This document shows positions 49,301-60,000 of a stretch of DNA of 64,000 nt, in pieces (position 1 is the first letter of the stretch; every line of letters begins with the position of its first letter). The notes beneath the pieces were generated by a model, which saw only the letters and a list, made by a program, of their open reading frames with translations, searched no databases and was not told the origin of the DNA. Origin of the DNA: Lingula anatina (taxonomy: Eukaryota; Animalia; Brachiopoda); NCBI GenBank assembly GCA_051362555.1, contig CM120641.1, forward strand, positions 3,720,001-3,784,000, given 5' to 3'. The translations under genes were made by a program, and so were the position numbers.

Positions 49301-52300
49301 CTTGTTTACTCCATGAAATGTTGTTTTTCCGAAGTTCTAAACATAGTTATGTGACCTATATAATCGCAACTGTTTGAGGCGCATGTGCACTACGAATATG
49401 CAAATGATCTTACTAATGTTTATGTTACATCCGCGGCAAATTGAACTATTCTAATTGGGCGGCGGCATTTGTCGATTGGTTCCGAAAGTTTGCGCAGTCG
49501 CAGTGCACAGCTTCTCATTTCCGCCCAAAGCAAATCATGGACATCCGGAATTTTTTATGTTCGCCGAAGCGTAAAAATCCATCGGCTGCTACCTGTAATC
49601 CGAGCGAGAGCACTTCCACTGAGCAAGGTAAAATGTGACATTTGTTTCATACAAATTGCAGCTAAATCTACGTTCCGTACACGCAGAAAACAGTCGAAGT
49701 AGATTTATTGAGGGTTTATCCTCGTGCTTCGTTTATTCGGTACTTTTGTAGTATACCCCCCCCCCCCCCCCGTACCTTTCACTTTTCAAACATTTTTTTT
49801 TTACATTGCCTTGTTCATCTATGCTAAAGCTGTTGAAATAAAATGCTTTTGTAATTACCTGTGGTCTTTTTATTAGTTTTAATCACGTTTAATCCAGCCC
49901 ATTGAAATACAGTGTGAAAATCTACAATGCACCCGCAGTCAATAACTTGCCGCGTTTTCGTTGGCTAACTCTAAGGTAATTTCAAGTGAACATAAGATTG
50001 CTACATTGTATAATTGGACTTTCTCTGTGAAATTATTTTGAGCTACTTGTTCACATAAAATTACCTTAGAGTTAGCCAACGAAAACCCGGCAAGTTATTG
50101 ACTGCTAGTGTAAATTGTAGATACTCACATCAACAAATAAAAAGACCACAGGTTATTACAAAAGCATTTTATTTCAACAGCTTTGACATAGATGAACAAG
50201 AAAATGTAAAAAACTGTTTGAAAAGTGAAAGTTACAGAAAGTTACAGGGTGGGGGGGGGGGTATACTACAAAAGTACCATTTATTCTGCCTTTCGTGGCG
50301 CTCGCAGTGCATGACTAGTGTAAGTGCATAAATATGCAGCAATACAGTATTCCTGCACTGCTTGATCGATTTGTCAATTTACTAAAGTCCATTTTGAAGT
50401 TATATTGTATCAGTGCTATAGATCTATGGGTTTTGAAATAGTGACTTTTCATTTCTCAATAAAACCATATGTTGTGGCCACTTTTTGGAATCGTCTAACT
50501 GAGACAATTATAAAAGGTGATTCTAAATATATCATTATAATATAGTCTAGATCTGTTCTGAAATAAAAGAGTTATTTTGAAAATATCTTGTATTCTCCTT
50601 GAAGGACTGATATAGATCTATAGATCTACCCAAATTCTATCAGATTTTTAAAACTTTCGCTCGGATTACTATTTTTGCAGATGAAAACCAATCGGCAGAC
50701 AAAGCTGGAGCTGCTGAGCCAAATTCAAAAAAGGCAAAAACACTGAAAACACCTGTCAATATGGCTGTTCGTCCAAGTACAGTTCAGAAATGGAAAACTG
50801 AATTCAAAGAAAATGGCAAATATATAGATTTTGAAACTAGGGAGGTGTGTGAAAAAGATTCCAAAGGCCTTATCGTTTCAAAAATCTGGTGCTCTGTATG
50901 TAAACAGTTTAGTAAGGATAAGACAGTCCCATTTGCTGTTGGTACAAGTAACATAAAAAAGTGTCCACTCCAAAAACATTTTCAAAGTACATTCCACCAA
51001 GATTCTGTTGAAGCAAAGTTGGCAAGACACCGTGTTGAAACAAATCATCCAACTGACATTTTGAAAGGGTTACAGAATATGGAAAAGTCAGTGGAGGAAA
51101 AGATGGTGAAACTTTTCAAGACTGCGTTCTATGTTGCATTCTACGAAAAACCTTTTGTTGAATTTCCTAGATGCTTAGACCTCCTCGAGTGGAATGGTGT
51201 AAGTGTTGGTGACTCTTACAGAAATGACAAACAGTGTAAGGTATTCATTGATGTTATTGGTAGCATCTATCATGATGAATTAAAACAAATGTTAAAGGAT
51301 GCAGACTTCTTCTCGGTACTCTGTGACTCTAGTACAGACAGGAGTGAGGTTGAGAAAGAAATAGTGTATGTAAGAATTGTGAAAAATGGTCTGCCAACAT
51401 TCTTATATATGAAACTAGTAGATGTAAAAAGTGGTAAAGCAGATGGGATTGTTCAAGCTATAGACGAGGCTTTTGCAGACTTTGACATGGATGGTGCTGA
51501 GTGGCGAGCTAAAATGATTGGATTCGGCAGTGATGGTGCAAGCGTAATGACGGGAAAGACAAATGGTGTTGCAGCAATTTTACAACGGGATGTCCCATGG
51601 CTAGTCCAAATCCATTGTCTTGCACACAGACTAGAGCTTGCAATAAAGGACTGTTTAAAAGACACATACATGGACGAAATTGTCAATATTCTGGTTTCTG
51701 TTTATTATTTCTACAAAGGTTCTCCCAAAAGGCTACGAGAATTAGAAAGTATTGCTGACATTATGGATGAGCAGTTCTTAAAGCCTGAACGAGCAAACGG
51801 GACAAGGTGGGTTGAGCATAAACAGAAAGCCTTAGCAAAGTTGGAAAAAACCTGGAGATCTATTGTTGTTCACCTAGAAAGCTATGCTTCTGACATGACA
51901 AATCGAGCAGAAGACAGGGCAAAAGCCAGAGGAATCAACAACAGATTGCTTCAATACAAAGTGGTCCTCTACATGCATTTTCTCCTCGATGTGTTTGACC
52001 AGATGTCCCAGTTGTCCCTTTTATTTCAAAGAGATGACATAACAGTTCCTAGTGTGGTTCTGAAGTGTGAGCATGTTCAGCTTATGTTGACATCCCTCCT
52101 GACTGTGAATGGATCCTACCTTGAGTCTTTCTATCAACATGTAAATGGCGCTGTGTTCAAAGGTCAAACTCTTAGAAATGTAATCCAGCCAGAAGTGTTT
52201 GAGACAGACAGAGAGATTATCATCAACTCACTACTGCAAATAATGGACAGAAAGTTTGGAAACATTCTTGGTGGGACTGATATTTTTAAGGCAGCTCAGA

Positions 52301-55300
52301 TCTTTGATCCAAGAAACTGGCCAGACAATCGCAATGATCTGACTGCTTTTGGGCGAGAAGATCTCCAGACACTGCTCAGACATTTTGAACAAGTGTTGGC
52401 CAATACAAACCCTCCAGTTAATGCAAATGATGTAAACCTCCAGTGGGAAGAACTTAAAACTCTTGTTCAGGGTAATGTGAACTTAAAGAGCCTCCACCCT
52501 AATTCCCTATGGGAAAGATTCTATTTAACAGATCAGGAAAGGGACGAGTTTGCTTCAATTTTGAAGGTGATCTTCTTGGTAGAGACTTACCCGCTCTCAA
52601 CTGCATGCTGTGAGAGGGGGTTTTCTACCATGAAAAGGATTAAGAACGACTGGCGTTGCAATTTGGCAACCCCAACTTTGGACACATTAATGAGAGTGAA
52701 AATAGCTGGGCCTCAAGCCCTGAGACAATATGACCCTCTACCTGCAGTTAACAGGTGGTGGTTGACTGGAGAGAGGGCAAGGAGGCCAACTATCTTGCCT
52801 CATGGGCCTCACGCAGACCAGTAGTGATCATTCACATGATGCTAGGGCGGGTGGATGGGGCTGAACTATTATCTATAAGAATTTGCCTCTAGGTAAGTCC
52901 AAGTTGCCTCCAACTTTCAGACCAGGGAGCAAGTAGTTGCCTCCTAGCAAAAAAGTTAATTTCGAACACTGAATGCCACAACATTTTCAAGGGCAAACAG
53001 TGTTTGAAATTATATGCACTTGCCTCATATAAATAAAGCAGCAGATGCAGAAACAGCAAAATAAATATGTCTAGACAAAACATGTGGATTAAACATTGCA
53101 AACAATGGGAAATACAAGTGCATTCCAAAGGAAACCATTTTACTAGGTAGATAGATCTTAAGGTACTTTTACTGAATGCAATCAAATTAACTGAATGACA
53201 CACCTCCACGAGCAGCTAGAGGGTGGTTAACTGTTATGTGCCCTTGACCTCTGGAAGCCTTTTCACTGTTTTGATATGACCAAATGCAATAAAATCACCC
53301 TCGAGCTGCTCAAGAATGCATTCATTTAACATGGACTTGATTAACAAAAGAAGCAGATATATTATTTTACTAAATACTTAATCAAGTAAAATTCTAATAT
53401 ATGAAAACTGAAAACTATATTTTTTGTACAATGGAAAAGAGTTACTCAGGCTGTATTCCCAGAGCTTTTAGATCGATCTATCGGAGAGTCTCACTAGATT
53501 ACTGTCAGATAATCCGGCTTAAATGTCCGTCCCGCCTACTACAAGCTGTAAGGGGGTAATTAACTTTCGTGTCTGCTCGGCTGACAGCTATTTAGCGTGA
53601 ACCCCCAGGGAGTTAGGTCGATCTAAAGTAGATCGATCTAATCTTTGGAAATTGGGTCTAAAATACATATAGATACTTGCCTCTTTGAATTGACCTGCTT
53701 GTCCTTTGACTTGCAGTAAACTTACGATGCCTTTTTTCAAACTGACAACTGTATTTGAATCTTTCTCTGCTGCAAAGAACTGTCCAACCTAGCAATGTAA
53801 TAGAAAGGGTGTTTAATTTGTGTACCTTCCTTCATGTCCAGCTAATGGATCAATATGTTACCTGCACATATGCATTAATTAACACATACATTAACTTAAC
53901 TGCTTTAGCCAATTTTAAAAAAACTTGAAAATGATCAATTAAAACAACATGCAAAATTTTAAAAAAATGGTAACAGACATCCCACTGAATATCAGCCATT
54001 TCCTTGGTGGTATGTTTGGTGGTCTGAAAACATATTTTAGGCCAAAAACAGAAAGGGAATCAAGAACAGACTGTGGTATCAAGGAAGGAGGTTGGGTTTT
54101 CATCAGTGTTGATTTGCCAACTTGGTAGTGACAAAGAAAACTCAAATTATCTTTACTGAGTAGTAGCAGGCATTTGCATGACAGTTTTGGGACAGGCAGT
54201 TATAAGGAAGGAAAGAAGCGTTTGCGAAAATATCAATTATCATTATCTTTCAAAAGAATTCTTTATTGCCTTCTTCTTCACATATGTCTATACTACTCTT
54301 TTGTTATTGTTCTCAAGATTTTGTATTTGAACTTACTTGTCCATCTGTCCACTGAAAAGCTGCTGGATATCTCGATAACTGCTTGTAATCCACCAGATGT
54401 TTGGTCAGCGCCAAACCCTGGAGCTTAACATCTGACAACTGGAAAAGCAAAGGATAATGATAATTTCCTTAAACTAATCTATACACATTGGTTATCATAA
54501 GCTTTGCCTTTTTTTATTTTCAAACAATACTGTCTTTTGATTTACTCAAATATTCATAATGTCATATTAGCATAGAACTAACATGCTGTAATACCCATGC
54601 ACAAGCCCATAGCCAGCTATTTCAAAAAGGGGGGTCTTTTTCTGAAAAAGTGAACTTTGATTTTACCAGGAAACCTTCGTGTACCCAGATCAAATTTTAT
54701 CCAGAGTGGACTTTTTTCTTGCAAAAGGGACGGTTCTTTAGAACCCCCCAAACCCCCTCCTGGCTATGGGTTTGATCCAACAGCTTTAAACATAACAGTA
54801 AATAAAACTTACAGTTAATTGAATGAGCTGCTCACTAGTGCTTGACCACAGGGGAGAGAGATGGACAGTACAGGTAAGGGTCAGTCCCACATCTTTGCTT
54901 CTAGCACTTGGTTCATTGACACGGATGACTGTCTTGTAGCTGTATTTGTGGCTCTTCCCTGGCTCATACCTGAATGAATGGCCTAAAGGCATGCGAGGTA
55001 ATGAAGTAGCTGAACTTGACAATAGGTTTACATGCAAAAGAAAGAAAATACCCGCCTCTGATGAAACAAGGAAAATCAGAGACAAAAAGCACATGCCAGT
55101 GTTAGCTGATGGATAAGCAATGTTAGCAAGTTAATTGTTATTACAGATAAAAGAGAGCAGTAAGATGTCTCATATTTGTAGATGAAGGTAACCAAGATAA
55201 GTACTAAGGAAAAGTTCATAATTATTAGCAAGTTTTTTAGTTGAATCCATTCAGTTATATTCAATCACTTAATTAAACCCCATTTAGGAGTTTGGAATGC

Positions 55301-56463
55301 CTCGAACCTCTTTTGGTAGGCCTACATACATTGTGCTAATAAATTTTCTGACTAACTATTCTAGTACAATTAAATATTTAGTATTTCACGGAGCAACTAC
55401 TGCAGAGAAACATTGGCAGTGTTATTTTTGCACTTTGTGGCTTAAATGTGCCCCAGTTCGTGCAGTTATGCTAAGCATGTAAATTTTCCATGATGTAATT
55501 GTGTAGGGAATTTTGTGATTCATTACACCCAGTAAACTCTCAATGAAGCCATAGTAAATCTGTTTGTGATCAAGAAATCTCTTCCTCAGATAGCATTGAT
55601 TAATCTGGAAAATAACCGGACTTAAAGGTGTGCAGAATGTGATTCATAAAACTCCTGGTGATAAGCATGATGTAAACTGGAAATAATTTGTACTTTATAA
55701 TCCACTTCTTTGCATATGGGCCCTGGACTAATATGTAATATACATAAACAAAGTTTGTCTCATCCGTATAAAATTATTTAGCTCTTCATCATTCCCCCTA
55801 ACATATTAGACCAGTGGGTGCATGTGAAATAAGATAAACTATATCAAAAGATTAGGATGATCGAGTTACCAAGTATATAGGTACAAAACCTCACCTTAAT
55901 GCTTTATGTATGAGCAGGTAAAGTTCTATTTCTTATCAGGGGATAACACAGCATTTCTACTCAAGCTTTAATTCGGCAAATTTCTAATCATTTAATTTAT
56001 TTAAAAAATCTAGAATTAAGAATTTACTTGTATAATAGTAAGAGTAAATGAATGAAATACCATGACACCTTCAATATGCATATAATCATTATTCTTGAAA
56101 TTTTGTCTACAATAAAAAAGCAAAAATAACACACAAAGACATATCAAAATAGTTTTATAACACTGTTGTCTTGGGTTCTCAGTTCTCTGAGTTCAGGAAA
56201 AAAAACATAATCATCACATTTGTCAAGCAAGTTATACAGGAGGAGTGGCAAAGCAAGTACACGTGTATAAAATGTGTTACTTCACTACAAAGAACCACTG
56301 CCTATCTGATACCAGAGCAATCAATCACACAGCAAACATTCCCGTCCAGTGGACAGAACGGTTCCATTTCATACTTAACGCCAAATACCCCAAAAACGCA
56401 TCAACATTGCTCACCTGTTAAGAAAAGACAAAAAGCTAGAATGAACTTCATAACCACATCCAT
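40350..56463 (-). CDS. MTTP: Microsomal triglyceride transfer protein large subunit, about 888 aa
   Basis: 19 exons: 56415-56463, 54813-55009, 54337-54438, 53681-53788 (GC donor), 48602-48715, 47069-47208, 46736-46824, 46502-46578, 46100-46263, 45565-45733, 45160-45270, 44609-44824, 44079-44293, 43363-43460, 42909-43030, 42296-42517, 41257-41411, 40739-40909, 40350-40497, total 2667 nt in frame. Signal peptide. Motifs KKGIVSLLQ..E|VDTSGDC, LPQLIDAAVATQT, ERYLF..STHPSE, LRALMNA, QKGLSSAF, LRPVEFF.GQGGLM, GAVSIDLSGSISISLWNRNS, PFKMCLQM, NSKQC. The exon-2 acceptor could be 55009 or 54982. Confidence 0.93.
48943..49110. mobile_element. hAT-like MITE family C, copy 1 (5-bp TSD)
   Basis: CAGGGGCGGAT...ATCCACCCCTG with perfect GCTTG on both sides. 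Internal TCTTCC/GAAGAC repeats. Second copy at 60146-60311. Confidence 0.9.
49537..52824 (+). CDS. hAT transposase (ZNF862/DUF4371-like), two exons, about 744 aa
   Basis: Exon 1 49537-49627 (MDIRNFLCSPKRK...TEQ G|gtaaaa) joins exon 2 50681-52824 (tttgcag|AT GAA AAC...) in phase 1. Exon 2 contains the 687-aa ORF. Motifs: zinc finger WCSVC..H..H, catalytic D in SVLCDSSTD, D in GSDGASVM, CxxH in HCLAH, TRW, and E in STACCERGFS within the hAT C-terminal dimerisation region. Confidence 0.93.
49739..50278. mobile_element. Foldback MITE (Merlin-like) nested in the transposase intron
   Basis: Termini GGTACTTTTGTAGTATACCCCC / GGGGGTATACTACAAAAGTACC. Arms stay complementary over about 230-250 bp (e.g. 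GTTTTCGTTGGCTAACTCTAAGGTAATTT). Flanks GTTTATTC / ATTTATTC give an 8-bp TSD with 1 mismatch. Confidence 0.85.
53449..53658. mobile_element. Harbinger-like MITE family E, copy 1
   Basis: GGCTGTATTCCCAGAGCTTTTAGATCGATCTA...TAGATCGATCTAATCTTTGGAAATTGGGTC. Highly similar to 57732-57950. Confidence 0.85.
54602..54774. mobile_element. hAT-like MITE family B, copy 2
   Basis: CAAGCCCATAGCCAG...CTGGCTATGGGTTTG, an inverted CpG-decayed copy of 20514-20681. Flanks ATGCA/ATCCA. Confidence 0.82.
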
Positions 56464-57056
56464 CTTGGCTTAGAATTTTAGCCGGGTGTTCAATCTGTGC
56501 ACTGCACTAAATGTGAGAGGACAAAGTCCCCCAAGTTCAGAGTTCAATTCCTGTGGCAGAGCACAAGTAAACATTGGGCTGCAAGGAATTTGATATTGAC
56601 CTACTTTGGCTTCCGATTTAGGTCTGGATAAAGCCGATTATCGGGTCATATTATCTGCAAAACTGTAACTGGACCCATATGTGTAAATAAGACCGCCCCA
56701 GGAGAAAAAGAATCAAAAAGTTTATGAGAGGTAATTGCTCTATTTAAAAGCACCGCCATCACGCAATCAGCTGTTTCGTATTTACTATGCAGTCACGTGG
56801 TTTAAAGTACACTAACAAATGCCAGTTTGCTAAATAATCACACACTACGACGTTTTGACATTAAAATGTCTTTCAAACTTGAAATAGATAACCGTCTCTG
56901 TTATAAATGTTTGGTCTATTCATATAATTTGCTCGAACTTATATTGATTATCTTGTTTTCTCTAATCTGCCTTGAAGTTTATGCAATCTCGTTGAAACAC
57001 GCGAGACTAGGAATTAGGACTACGGTAGACTACGGTGACACGCCGGTGACTGCAGC
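56464..57056. promoter_or_regulatory. Bidirectional promoter MTTP / TRMT10A
   Basis: ATGs at 56463 (-) and 57057 (+) are about 0.6 kb apart. Contains HNF4-like AGGACAAAGTCC (about 56518), DR1 AGTTCA-G-AGTTCA (56534-56546), forkhead AAGTAAACA (about 56565), RORE TGACCTACTTT (56597-56607), a GC box (about 56693) and E-box GTCACGTGG (about 56792). Confidence 0.75.
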
Positions 57057-60000
57057 ATGGATGGTGATCATAGCGCTAATAATGCTTCAGTTGGGATGGG
57101 AAAAGTGATCGAATCGAACCCTGAGTTACAAAGGGAAGTGGCAACACATTTAGATACCAATAGTGACAATGAGAATTCATATCAAACGCTAGAAAATGCC
57201 GGTAGCACGGTGAATCCATGCACTTGTGGATCGACTGAAAACACTGTTGACGGTGTTAACAGTAGCATTATTAATGAAACTGCCAACACAAGCAGTGGAC
57301 CAGACCAACCAGATACATGTACTCAGCCAATGTCAAAGAGAAAACTGAAGAAATTAAAAAAGAAAGAACGATGGGAAGAAAGGAAAGCAGAAAAAAGGTC
57401 TCAGAAATAACCATATCTCGTACACACACAAGTTTTTGCAGCACCGGCCAGTAGCTGTACACCGCGACAAAAGTTACATTTATTGTCGTTTTGAGTTATG
57501 TGCATTAGACCTTTGAATTCATGCAGGGGTTGGAAAATGCATGTAACTGTAGGCAAGGCCCCATTAAACCGTGTATTAAAAACTCGTGATATTGTCACAA
57601 GAATATATACATATGCTGGTATTTCCACATCCTGAGGAAACTGTGTCCTTCATCACACATTGTGGTACATCATTTGCAATTAAAGTCCTTATGTTTTGGT
57701 TTATACTCCAGTTTATAATGTTTTTGTCTTAGGCTGTATTCCCAGAGCTTTTAGATCGATCTATCCCCGTGGGGAGTCTCACTAGATTACTGTCAGATAA
57801 TCCGGTTTAAATGTCCGTCCCGCCTAGCTACTACAAGCTGTAAGGGGTTAATTAACTTTCGTGTCCGCCCAGCTGACAGCTATTTAGCGTGAACCCCCAG
57901 GGAGTTAGGTCGATCTAAAGTAGAGCGATCTAATCTCTGGAAATGGGCTCTTATAAATTATTCCAGCTATACTGAGCAGTGCCGACCCCCACTTCTGTAT
58001 GCCATATATATTTGTAATTGCTATCTCATATATGGCCATTGAGAGTTTCTAACAGTAGTTGAATATACACTGTAGGGCTTACCTGCATAGCATGTAACAG
58101 GCTGAAATCTGAGGCAAAATACCCCCAACCCCCTTTTTCAGATTTTCTAGATTTCACCAGCATGTTATTTCGAAAAGTGCCAAACCATGTACGTTATGTG
58201 CAAACAATTTTTTCTAACACATTTAATTATTTGCATCAAAAATTAATATAAGTGCTAGAGCAAGATTACTTTTTATTTAATTCAGTGAATTGTGATTTAT
58301 CTCAAACAATTTTCAAGATGTTTGTTGTATGTCTTGACAGTCTTATCAAAATGTGCTTTTATTTGAAATGGACAATATAGAAACATTAGATATACAAAAT
58401 ATAGATACCACATTTATATTCTCATTTATAAGGCTTGATTGATCTTACTACATGATGGAGATTATAGTGTAAAATCATATGTATTGTATAAATCTGCTGC
58501 AGAAGAACATTTTCATACAGTTAATATATATATTTTTTTTTGTCTAGGGCTGTTGAAAGAGAAAGAAAAAGGCAGAGAAGAGCTGAGGCAAGAGAACAGG
58601 GAATAGACTTGGGGCCATCCAGAAAGCGCCTGAAGAAAGTGAAAATGAAACAGTCAAAATGTGATATTAAAGTGGTTGTTGATTGCTCCTTTGACCATCT
58701 GATGAGTGAAAAGGTACAACATTATGTTTAGTTGTGGCATTTTTAATTTGGAATTGAAAAACAATTTCAAATTAATTGGGAGTTTGAGACAGAGTGGAGT
58801 TGAATTTGAATTTTGATTTTACCAGTTTAGTACTGGCAGTTACCAATAGTTCATATTTTATATTTAATAAATTGTTATGAATTTTATTCTTAGCATACAG
58901 TAATAAGAAGTTTCTAAATATTGGAATATTGTTTAGTATTATAACAATAGGGAGATACACTATGCAATTCTGATGTCATTTGAATTTTTTCCATGTCCAT
59001 GTTATTTGAAAAATAATACTCTGTCACATTTTATTTGTAGGATATAACATCATTGGTAAAGCAGCTCAATTTTTGCTATGCAGCTAACAGGAGAGGAAAA
59101 GAGCCCCTACAGGTAAAAAGTAGAAACAACTCTATTCTGTAAATAGATCTATAAAGTAAATTGGTAATTATAGGCTTTAAAATCAAATTAGTGAATGGGA
59201 TTTCAGTCACAATTTTTTTTCATAAAAGTGTGTTGCTAGAAATATAAGAAAATTAAGTCATTTTTTCTGAAACTTGGATAGATAAATTACCCTTCCTCCT
59301 TGCTCTCAAAAGTACTAAATATTTCTCACCTCATCCTTATAATAGCACACTTAAACCATTTTATTCTAAAGCGGCTTTTTGACTCCTTTATTTTGATTTT
59401 GGATGACCTTCCATCAGATTTTATTTTATTGGAGCATATGAAGCCTAGGCTCAGTAAGAGATTGAATAAGGATCCAATTTTCAAAATCCTGACTTGAGAA
59501 ATGCTTTGAAAGGGTAAAATATTAAGGTTGTTATTGCAGTTTCTCTTCAGCAGCCTATTTTAATGTTAAATTAATTTTTCATTTTCAGTTTTATATTTGC
59601 AATTTTGGAGGGAGAACCAAACAAAGATTTGATGAAATAGGAGACTACAAAAACTGGGATGTGAGTTGCTCAGTTATCTTTATTTATATATAATTGCTCA
59701 AATTGTTGATAATTGCTCAAAGTAAAATAAAGTGTTCTGTAAGAATAAATACATCTACAAGGGATGTTCAGTTCTTCATTAAATGCTTCTTTTTTTTATT
59801 TGTATTTATTTTTCATATATTATAATGTAGTGTGGTATAACATAATTCAATTTATTTTTATGGATCTTCTTGAAATTGCTGCGTGATGTACACATTGCAA
59901 GATTTTTCTGTGGCCATCAATTTTTTATTGTTTGGATAAGAATTAATGAGACAAATAATGTTTTTCATATTTCTCTTTTTTCATAACAGATGTACTTTAA

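Larger units (their letters stand above)
49135..52971 (+). mobile_element. Full-length, apparently autonomous hAT DNA transposon with 5-bp TSD (hAT5-type), inserted antisense in MTTP intron 4
   Basis: 17-bp TIRs CAGCGTTCGAAATTAAC / GTTAATTTCGAACACTG (1 mismatch) and perfect AATGC direct repeat at 49130-49134 and 52972-52976. Repeated subterminal TTGCCTCC motifs at both ends. Encodes an intact transposase. Confidence 0.95.

Noticed and set aside
50761-52824. Calling the 687-aa ORF a domesticated host gene (ZNF862-like)
   Set aside because: It lies between intact TIRs with a perfect TSD and subterminal repeats and keeps the catalytic triad, so a transposon is the better call.
56028-56090. Alternative MTTP first exon ending at a gtaaat donor
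   Set aside because: The ATG-initiated frames end in phase 0 or 2, whereas exon 2 needs phase 1.
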